This document shows positions 25,091 to 36,227 of a stretch of 64,000 bases of DNA, in pieces. Each line of letters starts with the position of its first letter. The first letter of the stretch is position 1. The position numbers and the translations under genes were made by a program. The notes under the pieces are model-generated. The model saw only the letters and a list, made by a program, of their open reading frames with translations. It searched no databases and was not told the DNA's origin. This DNA is from Verrucomicrobiales bacterium (GTDB lineage Bacteria; Verrucomicrobiota; Verrucomicrobiia; Limisphaerales; UBA9464). The stretch spans positions 1,612-65,611 of the forward strand of contig JAIXUV010000208.1 of the NCBI GenBank assembly GCA_027483345.1. The letters run 5' to 3'.

Positions 25091-27937
25091 ATGCCGGTTC
25101 GCATTTACGAGATCGCCAAGAAGCTGAACCTCGAGAGCAAGTTCGTGCTCACGAAGGCCAAGGAGCTCGGCATCGCCGCCGCGAAGGTCCCGTCGAGCAC
25201 GCTCGACAAGATCACCGCCGAATTCCTTGAGGAGCAGCTGGCGCCGCTGGCAAAGCCCGCCGAAGCGCCAAAGCCGGCCGTGGAGCCGACGCCGGTCCTG
25301 ATCATCAGCACCCCGGAGCCGCCCCCTCCAGCGCCCGCACCGGCTCCGGCTCCGGTGGCCGTGGCCCCGGTGCCCGTGGAGCCGACCAAGCCCGCGCCGG
25401 TTCAGCCCCCGGCTCCGAAGCCGGCCGCTCCGGCGCCCTTGGAATCGCCTGCGACCGCCTCCGCTCCGCCCGCACCAGAGCGCGAATCTTCTTCCGAGCC
25501 TTCCCACGCTGAAGTCATCGAGTCTCCGGTCCGGGCCGAGGTGTCCGCGCCGGTTCCGCCCGAGCCGGTGGCCGTGGCCACTGTCCGCCCGCCGGCGCCG
25601 GAGCCCGCGGCGAAGCCTCCTGCCGAGGAACCCGCTCCGCCGGCCGCGACCGTTGTCCCGCCCGCTCCGCCGGCACCCGTGGCCGTGGCACCTAGTGCGC
25701 CCACTGCGCCCACTGCGCCCACTGCGTCGGTGCCCCCTGTCGCTGCGGCCCAGGCCGCGCCGGCAGCCCCTGCGGCCCCGCCGCCTTCGCCGCCTCCGCC
25801 TCCGACACAGACCGGCCAGCTGGTCGGTCGCATCGATCTCACCCAGTTCGGCTATGGTGGCCGGACCACCCGTGGCGTCTCGGGGAATCTTCCCAGCTCG
25901 CGGACTCCGCCTCCGGCCAGTCCGCCTCCGCCGCGCAACTCCCCGCCTTCGCCGGTCCGTCCCCTGGACGCGCGGGACCCCCGCAACCGCCCGGGTCAGA
26001 TCCCCGGCTACCAGCGTCCTCCGTACCGTCCCGGTGGCCAGCGCCCCGGACAGTTCCAGGGCATCCGTCAGGCCGCCGGCCAGCCGCCTTCCACGCGGCC
26101 GTCGCAACCCGCGCGTCCCCAGGTCGCCGCGGATGCGCCGACGATCATCATGCGCCCGCCGATCCTCGTCCGCGAACTCGCGGAGAAGATGGGCAAGAAG
26201 CCCTTCCAAATCATCGGCGACCTGATGCAGATGGGGGTTTTCGCCACGGTCACCCAGACCATCGAGACCGAGGCGGCGATCAAGATCTGCGCGAAGCACG
26301 GCATCCGGTTCGAGACCGAGAAGCGCGACAAGGCGGCCCACGTCGTCAACGTCCCCAAGGAGGACAAGATCGAGCTGGACACGGAGGACACCGAGGAAAG
26401 CCTCAAGTCCCGTCCGCCCGTGGTCACCATCATGGGCCACGTCGACCACGGAAAGACCTCGCTCCTCGACGTCATCCGCAAGGCCAATGTCGTCAGCGGC
26501 GAGGCGGGTGGCATCACCCAGCACATCGGCGCCTACACCATCACCTACCCGCACCCGAACACCGGGAAGCTGGAGAGCCTCACGTTCCTCGACACCCCCG
26601 GCCACGCGGCCTTCGCCGCCATGCGCGCCCGCGGTGCCAACGTGACCGACATCGTGGTCCTCGTGGTCGCGGCCAACGACGGTGTGATGCCGCAGACGCT
26701 GGAGGCGCTTTCCCACGCCCGCGCCGCCAAGGTCCCCATCATCGTCGCAGTCAACAAGTGCGACCACCCGGCCTCCAATCCGATGAAGGTCCGTCAGCAG
26801 CTCCAGGACAAGGGATTGGTTCCCGACGACTGGGGTGGTGACACGCTCTTCGTGGAGTGTTCCGCCCACACCAAGCAGGGGATCGACACGCTCATCGATT
26901 CCATCCTGCTCCAGGCGGAGCTGCTCGAGCTCAAGGCCAACCCGGACCGCAACGCCAAGGGCAACGTCATCGAGTCCGGCGTCGAGGCCGGCGGTTCCGT
27001 CGCCACCGTGCTGGTCCGCAAGGGCACGTTGCGCATCGGCGACGTCATCATCTGCGGAGAGTATTACGGCAAGGTCCGCGCCATGATGAACGAGGAGGGG
27101 CAGCGCCTGAAGGAGGCCTCCCCGTCCGTCGCCGTCCGTGTGCTCGGTCTCAACGGCGTTCCCGAGGCCGGCTCGGAGTTCAGCGCCGTCGAGAACGAAC
27201 GCGCCGCCCGCGATCTCGCCGAGGAACGGGCCGACAGCCGGAAGAAGTCGGAGCTCGACGGCGACCGCGCCAAGGGCCGGACGTCCCTCTCCGACCTGTT
27301 TGGCCGCATCGGCGACCTCACCGCCAAGGTGCTCAAGGTCATCGTCAAGGCCGACACCCAGGGTTCCGTCGAGGCCATCGTCGGCGCCCTGCGCGAGATC
27401 AAGTCCGCCAAGGTCTCCCTCGAGGTCGTCCACAGCGCGGTCGGCGCGGTGAACGTCTCGGACATCAACCTCGCCCGCGGCTCCAAGGCCGTGGTGCTCG
27501 CCTTCCACACCCGCGTCGACAACAACGCCGCCGAGGAGGCCAAGCGCCATGCCGTCGAGATCCGCCTCTACGCGATCATCTACGAACTGGTCGACCAGGT
27601 CCGTGACGCGATGGCGGGTCTGCTCGACCCGCTGCTCAAGGACACCGTCATCGGCCAGGCCGAGATCCGGAAGGTGTTCGACCTCTCCAAGGGTGGCCGT
27701 GTCGCCGGATGTTCCGTCACCACCGGCCGTCTGGTCCGTGGCAAGATGCGCCTGCGGCGCCGTGGCAACCTCGTCTACGAGGGAGTCTCGCTCACGCTCA
27801 AGCGCTTCCAGGACGAGGTCAACGAGGTCCGCTCGGGCATGGAGTGCGGTGTCCGCCTGGACGGCTTCGACGAGTACGAGGAAGGCGACATCATCGAGTG
27901 CTACGTGGTCGAGAAGGTCGCCGCGAAGCTCGAATGA
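25091..27937 (+). CDS. infB: translation initiation factor IF-2 with a long Pro/Ala-rich N-terminal region
   Basis: [13 protein letters not shown] start. G-domain ([26 protein letters not shown]). Conserved C-terminus. Gene order nusA-infB-rbfA. Confidence 0.95.
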   Translation: MPVRIYEIAKKLNLESKFVLTKAKELGIAAAKVPSSTLDKITAEFLEEQLAPLAKPAEAPKPAVEPTPVLIISTPEPPPPAPAPAPAPVAVAPVPVEPTKPAPVQPPAPKPAAPAPLESPATASAPPAPERESSSEPSHAEVIESPVRAEVSAPVPPEPVAVATVRPPAPEPAAKPPAEEPAPPAATVVPPAPPAPVAVAPSAPTAPTAPTASVPPVAAAQAAPAAPAAPPPSPPPPPTQTGQLVGRIDLTQFGYGGRTTRGVSGNLPSSRTPPPASPPPPRNSPPSPVRPLDARDPRNRPGQIPGYQRPPYRPGGQRPGQFQGIRQAAGQPPSTRPSQPARPQVAADAPTIIMRPPILVRELAEKMGKKPFQIIGDLMQMGVFATVTQTIETEAAIKICAKHGIRFETEKRDKAAHVVNVPKEDKIELDTEDTEESLKSRPPVVTIMGHVDHGKTSLLDVIRKANVVSGEAGGITQHIGAYTITYPHPNTGKLESLTFLDTPGHAAFAAMRARGANVTDIVVLVVAANDGVMPQTLEALSHARAAKVPIIVAVNKCDHPASNPMKVRQQLQDKGLVPDDWGGDTLFVECSAHTKQGIDTLIDSILLQAELLELKANPDRNAKGNVIESGVEAGGSVATVLVRKGTLRIGDVIICGEYYGKVRAMMNEEGQRLKEASPSVAVRVLGLNGVPEAGSEFSAVENERAARDLAEERADSRKKSELDGDRAKGRTSLSDLFGRIGDLTAKVLKVIVKADTQGSVEAIVGALREIKSAKVSLEVVHSAVGAVNVSDINLARGSKAVVLAFHTRVDNNAAEEAKRHAVEIRLYAIIYELVDQVRDAMAGLLDPLLKDTVIGQAEIRKVFDLSKGGRVAGCSVTTGRLVRGKMRLRRRGNLVYEGVSLTLKRFQDEVNEVRSGMECGVRLDGFDEYEEGDIIECYVVEKVAAKLE

Positions 27938-27950
27938 TCCGCGGCCAGCC

Positions 27951-28331
27951 GTGAACAACCAGGAACCACGTCCGCCCAGCCGGAGACTCCAGCGGGTCTC
28001 CGAGCTGCTCCGCCGGGAGCTCAGCGAGCTACTCCGCCGCGAGTTCTCCGTGGAGCAGGTGGGCCTGCTCACCGTCAACGAGGTCAAGGTCGCGCCGGAC
28101 ATCAAGACCGCCACGGTCTACGTCAGCTTCGTCGGCACCCGGGGCCAACGCTCGGCCGCCGAGGAAAAGCTCTCCGCCAACGGCAAGCGGATCCAGGCCC
28201 TGCTCGGACCGCACCTGAGCATGAAGTGGACGCCCGTGCTGACCTTCCTCCTCGACGACTCGATCGAGAAGGGCAATCGCGTGCTCGCCATCCTCGACGA
28301 ACTGGAGCAGGGGCAGACACCCCGCACCTGA
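27951..28331 (+). CDS. rbfA: ribosome-binding factor A
   Basis: RLQRVSELLRRELSELLRREF...LTVNEVKVAPDIKTATVYVS... Located directly after infB. GTG start. Confidence 0.85.
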   Translation: MNNQEPRPPSRRLQRVSELLRRELSELLRREFSVEQVGLLTVNEVKVAPDIKTATVYVSFVGTRGQRSAAEEKLSANGKRIQALLGPHLSMKWTPVLTFLLDDSIEKGNRVLAILDELEQGQTPRT

Positions 28332-28335
28332 CGCC

Positions 28336-29331
28336 ATGGCGCAGAAGGAAGCTCCCAAGGCGGTCGAGAACATCCTGGAGGCCATCCGCCAGGCCAATTC
28401 CATCCTCGTCGTCGGCCATATCCGGCCGGATGGCGACTGCATCGGCAGCCAGGTCGGCTTGGCCTTGGCCCTGGAGTCCGCGGGCAAGGAGGTCACGGTC
28501 TGGAACCAGGATCCCGTTCCCGACAAGCTGCGCTTCATGGACCCCGAGAAGCGGGTCCGCAAGCCCTCCTCCGGGCACAGCTTCGACCTGGTCATTGCCA
28601 CCGACTGCGCCGCCTTGGACCGCCTCGGCAAGGTCGCCAGCTACCTCCCGGAGGGCGTGCCCCTGGTCAACATCGACCACCACGCCTCGAACACGCGCTA
28701 CGGCAAGTTGAACTGGGTTTCCCCCAGGGAGCCGAGCACCGGCGAGCTGATCTTCGACCTCTGCAAGTGGGCCGGCTGGAAGATCACCCAGCCGATCGCC
28801 GACTGCCTCTTCACCGCAGTCAGCACGGACACGGGAAGTTTCCAGTATCCGAGCACGACGCCGGACACCCTCCAGACCGCGGCGGAACTCGTCGAACGCG
28901 GAGCCAACCTCGGGCAGATCTGCCAGGAGGTCTACCAGAGCTACCCGCTCACCCGCATCCGGCTGCTGCGCCACGTCTACTCGAACTTCCGTCTCTCGGA
29001 CGACGGCCGTACCGCCTACTTCTGGCTGCGCAAGCGCGACTATGCCCGCGCCGGGGCCAGCACCGAGGAGGCCGAGGGCCTCATCGACCACATCCGCGCC
29101 ATCGAGGGCGTCGTCGTGGCGATGGTCTTCGAGGAGGCCGAGCCCGACGTCACCCGGGTCAGTTGGAGATCCAAGACCCCGAACGTGGACGTCGCAGCCA
29201 TCGCCCAGCAGTTCGGGGGCGGCGGACACAAGGCGGCCGCCGGCGCCCGCATCCCGGGCAGTCCCCTCGGGGTCCAGAGAAGGGTCCTCACGGCCGTGCG
29301 GAAGGCCTTCAAGGCCGCCAAAGCCGCCTGA
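28336..29331 (+). CDS. nrnA: DHH/DHHA1 phosphoesterase (NrnA-like oligoribonuclease / pAp phosphatase)
   Basis: VVGHIRPDGDCIGS, NIDHHASN, DTGSFQY, GGGGHKAAAGA. Confidence 0.85.
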   Translation: MAQKEAPKAVENILEAIRQANSILVVGHIRPDGDCIGSQVGLALALESAGKEVTVWNQDPVPDKLRFMDPEKRVRKPSSGHSFDLVIATDCAALDRLGKVASYLPEGVPLVNIDHHASNTRYGKLNWVSPREPSTGELIFDLCKWAGWKITQPIADCLFTAVSTDTGSFQYPSTTPDTLQTAAELVERGANLGQICQEVYQSYPLTRIRLLRHVYSNFRLSDDGRTAYFWLRKRDYARAGASTEEAEGLIDHIRAIEGVVVAMVFEEAEPDVTRVSWRSKTPNVDVAAIAQQFGGGGHKAAAGARIPGSPLGVQRRVLTAVRKAFKAAKAA

Positions 29332-29383
29332 TCCGGATCCCGGATCCCGGTTTTCCCCTCATCCGTCAGCGACAGACGACACG

Positions 29384-30106
29384 ATGGCCATCCCCTCCAT
29401 AACGCCCCTCGACGGCGCCCTGCTGGTCGACAAGCCCTCCACCTGGACCTCGCACGACGTCGTGGCGAAGCTCCGCAACCATTTCCGCCTCGAGAAGGTG
29501 GGCCATTGCGGGACGCTCGACCCCATGGCCACAGGACTGCTGATCCTCGTCCTCGGCAAGGCCACCCGCTACTCCGAGCGGTTCATGTCCTCGGACAAGG
29601 TCTATGAGGGAGTGATGCGCCTGGGTGAGACCACCGATTCCTACGACGCCGACGGCGAATTGACCGGTTCCCTTCCGGTGCCGCCGTTGTCCCTCGCCGA
29701 CCTCAACGAGGCGGCGGTCCAGTTCACCGGGGACCAGTTGCAGACCCCGCCGATGGTGAGCGCGATCAAGATCGGCGGCACCCCGCTGTACAAGCTGGCG
29801 CGCAAGGGACAGGAGGTGCATCGCGAGCCGCGGCTGGTCCACGTCTACACGTACCAGTTCGACGAATACGAGGAGCCGTTCGCCTACTTCCGCGTCAGCT
29901 GCACGAAGGGCACCTACGTCCGCAGCCTGGCCCACGACCTGGGACAGAAGCTCGGCTGCGGCGCGCACCTGACGCGCCTCCGCCGGGTGACCAGCGGGAG
30001 GTTCGACATCGCGGATGCGGCTCCCCTGGCCGAGATCCTCAAGTGGGACGCCGCGGAGCTGGAGAAGCACGTCATCCCATTCCTCAAGCTGAAGTCCTTC
30101 GAGTAA
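29384..30106 (+). CDS. truB: tRNA pseudouridine(55) synthase
   Basis: GALLVDKPSTWTSHDVV, KVGHCGTLDPMATGLLIL, QTPPMVSAIK. Confidence 0.9.
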   Translation: MAIPSITPLDGALLVDKPSTWTSHDVVAKLRNHFRLEKVGHCGTLDPMATGLLILVLGKATRYSERFMSSDKVYEGVMRLGETTDSYDADGELTGSLPVPPLSLADLNEAAVQFTGDQLQTPPMVSAIKIGGTPLYKLARKGQEVHREPRLVHVYTYQFDEYEEPFAYFRVSCTKGTYVRSLAHDLGQKLGCGAHLTRLRRVTSGRFDIADAAPLAEILKWDAAELEKHVIPFLKLKSFE

Positions 30107-30197
30107 CCCCGAAGGTTCGTCGCCTCGGCTTCCAGCAAGGCTTCGTCTGCGCCGATTCCCATGGCGAGGGCGCCGTCATGGCGACGGTGGCCCCGCG

Positions 30198-31346
30198 CTA
30201 TTCGTCCTCGTCGCTGACGCCCTGGATCCGCTTCATCGGGCAGCCGGCGCGGAGCCAGCCGTTCACGAACGGGTCGAGCGAGCCGTCCATGACGCCCTGC
30301 ACGTCGCTGGTCTGCACGCCGGTCCGCAGGTCCTTCACCATGCGGTAGGGCTGGAAGACGTAGCTCCGGATCTGGTTGCCCCAGCTGACGCTGCCCTTGT
30401 CGCCGTAGAACTTGTCCATGTCGGACTTCGCCTGGTCCAGCTTCAGCGCGAAGATCTTCGAGATCAGCATGGTCATGGCGGTCGCCTCGTTCTGGGCCTG
30501 GCTGCGCTGGGCCTGCGAGGCGGCGACGATGCCGGTCGGGATGTGTGTCAGGCGTACCGCCGTCTCGACCTTGTTCACGTTCTGGCCGCCCTTGCCGCCG
30601 GAGCGGAAGGTGTCGCGTTGGATCTCGCTCTTCGGGATGACGATGTCGCTTTCGGAGATGTCGTCGATCTCCGCGATCACGTCGATGCTGGCGAAGCTGG
30701 TGTGCCGCCGCTTGTTGGAGTCGAAGGGGGAGATGCGGACGAGTCGGTGGACGCCGCGCTCGGCCTTGCAGAAGCCGTAGGCGTTCTCGCCCTCGACCCG
30801 GAAGGTGACGCTCTTGATGCCGGCCTGTTCGCCGGGCAGCGCATCGGTGGCCTCGTACTTCCATCCGCGCGACTCGAACCAGCGTTCGTACATCCGGGAC
30901 AGCATCTGGGCCCAGTCCTGGGCCTCGGTGCCGCCGGCGCCGGCCTGGATCGAGAAGATCGCCGTCCGGTGGTCGTGGGGACCGGTCAGAAGGATCTCGA
31001 GTTCGTACCGCTCCAGTTCCCGGCCCAGGCGCGTGATCTCCGCATCCGCCTCGGCCTGCACGGCGTCCTGGCCGGCCTGGGGCTCGGCCTCGCCCAGCTC
31101 CAGGAGCACGCCGATGTCGTCGCAACGGCGGCCGAATCCGATCAAGGGCTCGGCCTTCTTCTTCAGCGTGTTGGTCTCCTCGATGACCTTCTTCGCCAGA
31201 TCCTGGTTGTTCCAGAAGCTGTCGGAAGCCATCTGCGCCTCCAACTCCGCCAGGCGCTTCTGGGCGGCGGGCAGGTCGATGAACCGGCGCATCTGCCCGA
31301 TCTTGGACGAGATGCCGTCCAGATTGGACCGTGTGACTTCGAACAT
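30198..31346 (-). CDS. prfB: peptide chain release factor 2 (single continuous frame)
   Basis: SPF motif (RISPFDS) and GGQ motif (SGGKGGQNVNK). The N-terminus is contiguous, with no in-frame stop at the usual frameshift site. Confidence 0.9.
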   Translation of the reverse strand: MFEVTRSNLDGISSKIGQMRRFIDLPAAQKRLAELEAQMASDSFWNNQDLAKKVIEETNTLKKKAEPLIGFGRRCDDIGVLLELGEAEPQAGQDAVQAEADAEITRLGRELERYELEILLTGPHDHRTAIFSIQAGAGGTEAQDWAQMLSRMYERWFESRGWKYEATDALPGEQAGIKSVTFRVEGENAYGFCKAERGVHRLVRISPFDSNKRRHTSFASIDVIAEIDDISESDIVIPKSEIQRDTFRSGGKGGQNVNKVETAVRLTHIPTGIVAASQAQRSQAQNEATAMTMLISKIFALKLDQAKSDMDKFYGDKGSVSWGNQIRSYVFQPYRMVKDLRTGVQTSDVQGVMDGSLDPFVNGWLRAGCPMKRIQGVSDEDE

Positions 31347-31502
31347 AGAGCGGTCATCGTAGCGGGAATCCGCGCAGGGTGTCGAATCGCGAATCCCGTT
31401 CCGTGTCGGGCGCCGAGCGGGGACGTTGGTCGCCTCCGCCCTCCGGACATACGGGCTCCGGTCCGATGGTGATCAGACCGGATGGGCAAACGGTTCCCGG
31501 GT

Positions 31503-32345
31503 TCAGCGGGAAGCCGATCGGCGTCGGGCCACTAGGCGCCACACCGCGAGCATTCCGCCTCCGATCAGTGCGTAGTCGGAGGGTTCTGGAACCACCGTCA
31601 GGGTGCCGATCGGCAGGCGCTGGGTGCCCCCGGTCTGGGTCCTCCAGTTCGAGGTGTCCGTGATCGCGGTCAGCCATTGATCCCGGGTGGCCCCGTCCGG
31701 ATGAAGCGCCTGGAGCGCCGCCAGGTCGACACCCAGCGTGGTGGCCGAGGTCGGGAACAAACCAAGGCTGATGGCGGTGCTTCCCACGGTCAGCCCGGGT
31801 GGCAGGCGCGAATGCGACTGAAGCGAAGTGCTACCGGTCTCGAACGCCCCGGAGTCGTCGAGGGTGAAGAGGGGGGTGAGATTCGAGGAATTGAAGAGCG
31901 TGGTCAGGCTGCTGTCGTCGGACGAGGTGAACACGGTGATCTGGTCGCCATCCGTGGTCTGGAAGGCGATGTCGGTCAGCCCGGCGGCGGAACCCGCGGA
32001 CCAGGTCCAGGGCAGCGATTCTCCGGTCGGCAACGTCCCACCGGCCTCGAAGTTGTTGATGATCGTTCCCGCCGTGATGGTGCCGGTGGCGGTGAACCGG
32101 GCGTAGGAGGTGCCGGGCTCCGTGGCTGGAATCGCCTGCCATGCGGAGCCGGTCCACCCGCGGTCGGTGAAGTAGATCGTCGTTCCTGCGGCGAGGTCGA
32201 CGAGCGGGACGAAGGACCACCCGTCGGTGCCGGCGCCGTTGTAGCGGCCAACGACGGCGACGTCGCCCGCGAAGAGGGCCGCCGAGACCTCGGGCGCGGC
32301 CAACAGTGCCACGACGACGGCTGCACGGAGTTGATGCTGGAACAT
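31503..32345 (-). CDS. secreted PEP-CTERM-anchored protein
   Basis: Signal-like N-terminus (MFQHQLRAAVVVALLAAPEVSAA). C-terminal VPEPS + TM + RRRSASR is a PEP-CTERM sorting signal. Confidence 0.7.
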   Translation of the reverse strand: MFQHQLRAAVVVALLAAPEVSAALFAGDVAVVGRYNGAGTDGWSFVPLVDLAAGTTIYFTDRGWTGSAWQAIPATEPGTSYARFTATGTITAGTIINNFEAGGTLPTGESLPWTWSAGSAAGLTDIAFQTTDGDQITVFTSSDDSSLTTLFNSSNLTPLFTLDDSGAFETGSTSLQSHSRLPPGLTVGSTAISLGLFPTSATTLGVDLAALQALHPDGATRDQWLTAITDTSNWRTQTGGTQRLPIGTLTVVPEPSDYALIGGGMLAVWRLVARRRSASR

Positions 32346-32602
32346 GGGAATGGATGCGGGACCGAATCTGCGCGCTCGAACCATGTCCACCTTGTAGGGG
32401 GCCGCCCGGCTTCGACGCCACTCCGTCCCGGTCCGTAGATTTGCGGGTTCCCGGTCGGAATCCTTCGGAGTCCCGTCGGACTCCGAAGGTAGAGGGTGCG
32501 GAGGCGGTTCAGCGCCCCGATTTCCCATGAATCGGCATCCGCCACTCCTCCGAAGTGGCGCCGCGGCCCTCCCGCCGCTGCGGTGGACGGGGTGGGGTCC
32601 GC

Positions 32603-33532
32603 TCAGGCGGCTTCGCGGTCGCCGGAGGCGAAGAGGGCCTCGGCGAACTGCTTGGCGTTGAACGGCTGCAGGTCCTCCGGCTGTTCACCCACGCCGATGA
32701 ACTTCACCGGGATGCCGAGTTCGCGCTGGATGGCGACGACGGCGCCGCCCTTGCTGGTGCCGTCGAGCTTGGTGATGACGAGGCCGGTGAGGCGGACGGC
32801 CTTGTGGAATTCACGCGCCTGGACCATGGCGTTCATGCCGGTGGAGCCGTCCAGCACGAGCAGGACCTCATGGGGTGCGCCGGGAAGCTTCTTGTCCACC
32901 ACGCGGTGCAACTTCTGCAGCTCCTGCATGAGGTTGTGCTTGGTGTGGAGTCGGCCGGCGGTGTCGATGAAGAGCCAGCGCGCGCCGCGGGCCTGGGCGG
33001 CGCCGACGGCGTCATGGGCGACCGAGGCGGGATCGGCTTGGTAGGCTCCGGCGACGACCGGGACGTTGAGCCGCGTGCCCCAAAGCTGGAGCTGCTCGAT
33101 CGCGGCGGCGCGGAAGGTGTCGCAGGCGGCGAGGATCGCAGGTTGACCCCGTTGGGCCATGAGGTGCGCGAGCTTGGCGGTCGTGGTCGTCTTGCCGGTG
33201 CCGTTGACCCCGACAATGGAGACCACGGTCACGCCCTCGGGACGGGGATCGAGGGCGGGGTTGAAGCCCGAGAGGCTCCGTTCCACCTCGCGGGCGGCGA
33301 TGTCGACCAGGTCGAGTCCGGAGCGGCCTTGCGTCTCGAACGCATGCCGGACCGCGGCGAGGATCTGCTGCGTCATCGGCATGCCCAGGTCCGCGCCGAG
33401 CAGGGCGGCTTCCAGTTCCTCGGTGCTGGAGGCGGTCAGGCGCGGGGACCGGGTGACGATGCGCTTGAACTCGTGAGCGAGGGAAGTGGTGGCCTTGGTG
33501 AAGGCGGACTTGAGCTTGTCGAAGAACCCCAT
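32603..33532 (-). CDS. ftsY: signal recognition particle receptor FtsY
   Basis: NG domain: GVNGTGKTTTTAKLA, DTAGRLH, TKLDGTSKGG. Confidence 0.9.
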   Translation of the reverse strand: MGFFDKLKSAFTKATTSLAHEFKRIVTRSPRLTASSTEELEAALLGADLGMPMTQQILAAVRHAFETQGRSGLDLVDIAAREVERSLSGFNPALDPRPEGVTVVSIVGVNGTGKTTTTAKLAHLMAQRGQPAILAACDTFRAAAIEQLQLWGTRLNVPVVAGAYQADPASVAHDAVGAAQARGARWLFIDTAGRLHTKHNLMQELQKLHRVVDKKLPGAPHEVLLVLDGSTGMNAMVQAREFHKAVRLTGLVITKLDGTSKGGAVVAIQRELGIPVKFIGVGEQPEDLQPFNAKQFAEALFASGDREAA

Positions 33533-33574
33533 GGGTGGACGTGCGGTGTGCGAGGTGGAAGCGGGGATCCGAGG

Positions 33575-34396
33575 TCAGGCGGCGGGACGACGTGCGCGGA
33601 GGGCCTCGACCTGGGCGTACGGAAGGCGGACCTTGCCGATCAGGGGACGGCCCTTCGCCATGCCATGGCAGTCGGATCCACCGGTGGCGACGAGGTCCAG
33701 TTCCGCGGCGCGTCGGGCATAGCCGGCGCCATCCTCCTCGGAATGCTTGGTGTGCCAGCATTCCAGTCCGTCGATGCCGGCCTCCTTGAGCCGCGGGATC
33801 AGTCCGTCGTTCCGGTAGAGACCCGGGTGGGCGAGGACGGCGACGCCGCCTGCGGCATGGATCAGGGCGACGGAATCGTTGGCGGACATCCGGGCCTTGG
33901 GGACGAACCCGGGGCGGCCGCGGCGGAGGAAGCGTTCGAAGGCGTGGTCGTAGTCCTTCGCATAACCCTGCTGGACCAAGGCCCGCGCGACGTGCAGTCG
34001 GCCGGGCGCCTCGCAGTTGGCAATGGAGCGGACAAGCTCCGCGCTGAGGCCCACGCCGTTCTCGTTCAGGCGGGTCACCATCTCGTGGATCCGACGCTGG
34101 CGCACCGCCTGGAAACGGTGCAGTTCCCCAATCAGCGGCTCCGAGCCGAGGTCCAGCCAGTAGCCGAGGATGTGGACCTCCTGACCATCCACCTCCGCCG
34201 TAAGCTCGGCGCCGGGGATGAACTCGATGCCCCGCGCCCCACAGGCGGCGGCCATGCGGGGACAGCCCTCGACGCTGTCGTGGTCGGTCAACGCCACGGC
34301 GTCGAGGCCCTGCTCGGCGGCGTGGCCGGCCAATTCCTCGGGGGACCAGGTCCCGTCCGAGAAGTGGGTGTGGAGGTGGAGATCGGCGTTCTTCAC
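33575..34396 (-). CDS. PHP-domain metal-dependent phosphoesterase
   Basis: MKNADLHLHTHFSDG, ALTDHDS, HPG, GGSDCHG. Confidence 0.8.
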   Translation of the reverse strand: MKNADLHLHTHFSDGTWSPEELAGHAAEQGLDAVALTDHDSVEGCPRMAAACGARGIEFIPGAELTAEVDGQEVHILGYWLDLGSEPLIGELHRFQAVRQRRIHEMVTRLNENGVGLSAELVRSIANCEAPGRLHVARALVQQGYAKDYDHAFERFLRRGRPGFVPKARMSANDSVALIHAAGGVAVLAHPGLYRNDGLIPRLKEAGIDGLECWHTKHSEEDGAGYARRAAELDLVATGGSDCHGMAKGRPLIGKVRLPYAQVEALRARRPAA

Positions 34397-34403
34397 TCCG
34401 GGA

Positions 34404-34916
34404 TCAGGCGGCCGGGGTGTCCTTGGCGGTGCGCGCCGGACGCAGGATCTCGTCCTTCACCTTGTCGAGGATCCCGTTCACGAACTTGCCGCTGTCCGCG
34501 GTGGAGAACTTCTTCGCCACGTCGACCGCCTCGTTGATGCTGACCACCGGGGGGATGTCGTCGCGGTGGAGGATCTCGTAGACGCCCAGGCGCATGACGT
34601 TGCGGTCGACGATCGCCATGCGGTGCAGGTCCCAGTTCTTGGCATGGCGCCGGATCACGTCGTCGATGGAGGTCAGGTTCTCCAGGACGCCGCGGATCAG
34701 GGCGTCCGCGAAGATCCGCGTGGCCGCCTCCTCGGCGCTGGGAGGCGGGACGGTGACCCGTTCGCCCCAGGTCGGCCCCTGGCCTTCCGAGAACGCACTG
34801 GCCCGCTGGGTTTCCCAGAACTGGTTCAGGGCCGTCTCGATGTTCTCGGGCGGATTGAGGTCGTGCTGGAACAGGAACTGGATGGCCCGTTCGCGGGCCT
34901 CGCGACGCTTGCGCAT
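34404..34916 (-). CDS. nusB: transcription antitermination factor NusB
   Basis: RREARERAIQFLFQ, RMAIVDRNVMRLGVYEIL, VVSINEAVDVAKKF. Confidence 0.85.
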   Translation of the reverse strand: MRKRREARERAIQFLFQHDLNPPENIETALNQFWETQRASAFSEGQGPTWGERVTVPPPSAEEAATRIFADALIRGVLENLTSIDDVIRRHAKNWDLHRMAIVDRNVMRLGVYEILHRDDIPPVVSINEAVDVAKKFSTADSGKFVNGILDKVKDEILRPARTAKDTPAA

Positions 34917-35006
34917 GAGGTCACCCTAGCGGGAATCGGGCGTGTGAAGAACCATTTCTTGGCGCGGTCCGCCACGGGAGCCGTTCCGTGCACGGTTTCC
35001 AATCCC

Positions 35007-36227
35007 TCACACCTTCAGGAACATCCGGCGTCGGTAGAGCCAAAGGCACATCCACCAGAAGATCCCGAGGACCACCGCTCCTTCCAACGTGGGGGCGTAC
35101 ACCCCGCCCAGGCGGGTCCAGATGTCCTGGCCCAGGTGGATCCGGAGGTTTTGCCGCACGAAACCTTCCCAGAGGTGGACGGTGACGTAGGTGAAGATGG
35201 AGTTCATGCCCACCACCTGCAGCGGGAAGGACCAAGCCCGGAGGTTCCAGGTGTCGATCAGCAGGTGGAATCCGGCGAGGAACAGGCACGCCCAACCGCC
35301 GCTGAACAGCACCCAGGAAGGCGTCCAGATGCGTTTGACCACCGGGGCGATGCCGGAGACGTCCAGCAGCCATCCGGCGCCGAGTCCGGCCAGCCCGGCG
35401 ACGGCGAGGATCCCGAGCCGACGCCCGATCGGGGTCTCCTCGCGCCGCAGCCAACCGCCGGCGATGAGCCCGCAGATCATCGTTCCCAATGTGGGAATGA
35501 AGCTCAGGGTCAGATATCCGCCGCCGTTGTAGAGGAACGTCTTCGACCGCGGGAAGAGGTTGAGGAACCACACGTCGAAGTGGTGTGCCGGATTGGTGTT
35601 CTTGTTCCAGTGGGCGGCGAATCCGTCGAGCCCGTGTTGCTTCATCCAATCCGCGGAGACCCCCACTGTGGCCGGGTCGAATCCGGCGGCTGGAAGCGGT
35701 GCCGCCGCGAACCAGGCCCAGTAGCCGATCAGGATCGCCGCCAGCGCCAGCGCCTGGGTGCGGAAGCCGCGCCAGGCCAGCAGCCACAGGAAGGTGTAGC
35801 CCAATCCGATCTGGGTGAGGGTGTCCTCGAAGGTGAAGTTGGTCTGCGAGGCATGCGTGGAGCGCAGGAAAATGCCGAGGGCGGCAAGGGCGAAGCCGCG
35901 CCAGACGGTGTGGAGGAACATCCGCAGGAACGATTCACCGCGGCCTTGGCGGCTGGCGATCGACCATGGCAGGGCGACGCCGACGAGGAACGAGAACGAC
36001 GGCTGGATGAGGTCGTGCAGCGTGCAGCCCCGCCATTCGACATGGTCCTGGTTCCGCGCCAGGAGGCTCCAGAATCCGTTGCCCGGCAGCTTCTCCGCTA
36101 CGGCTCCGAAACGGAGCACCTCGCCGGCCATCAGGAGCATCACCAGTCCGCGGTAGGCGTCCATCGAGGCCAATCGCTGCGGCTTCGTCTCGGTCTTCTC
36201 GTGGGAGGCCGGGGCAGGGGAGGACAT
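35007..36227 (-). CDS. polytopic membrane acyltransferase-like protein (DUF5009/HGSNAT-like)
   Basis: RLASMDAYRGLVMLLMAGE near the N-terminus and about 10 TM helices. Confidence 0.55.
   Translation of the reverse strand: MSSPAPASHEKTETKPQRLASMDAYRGLVMLLMAGEVLRFGAVAEKLPGNGFWSLLARNQDHVEWRGCTLHDLIQPSFSFLVGVALPWSIASRQGRGESFLRMFLHTVWRGFALAALGIFLRSTHASQTNFTFEDTLTQIGLGYTFLWLLAWRGFRTQALALAAILIGYWAWFAAAPLPAAGFDPATVGVSADWMKQHGLDGFAAHWNKNTNPAHHFDVWFLNLFPRSKTFLYNGGGYLTLSFIPTLGTMICGLIAGGWLRREETPIGRRLGILAVAGLAGLGAGWLLDVSGIAPVVKRIWTPSWVLFSGGWACLFLAGFHLLIDTWNLRAWSFPLQVVGMNSIFTYVTVHLWEGFVRQNLRIHLGQDIWTRLGGVYAPTLEGAVVLGIFWWMCLWLYRRRMFLKV

Noticed and set aside
25690-25740. Tandem 9-bp repeat (gcgcccact x3) and extensive Pro/Ala low complexity in the 5' third of infB.
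   Set aside because: It is in frame ([10 protein letters not shown]) within the known variable N-terminal linker of IF-2 in high-GC bacteria. This is coding low complexity, not a regulatory or CRISPR-like repeat.
22978-28114. Very long minus-strand ORFs (708 aa at 22978-25104; 1011 aa at 25079-28114) opposite nusA and infB.
   Set aside because: Their products are Arg/Gly/Pro/Asp/Leu-rich and low in complexity, with no motifs. They lie exactly antisense to genes with unambiguous NusA/IF-2 motifs. This is a typical stop-codon-poor antisense frame in about 68% GC DNA.
30198-31346. Looked for the programmed +1 frameshift (CUU UGA C, near codon 26) typical of many bacterial prfB genes.
   Set aside because: The RF2 reading frame is continuous from Met1 (..IGQMRRFIDLPAAQKRLAELE..) through the SPF and GGQ motifs. 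No in-frame stop is present, so this prfB is simply a non-frameshifted type.
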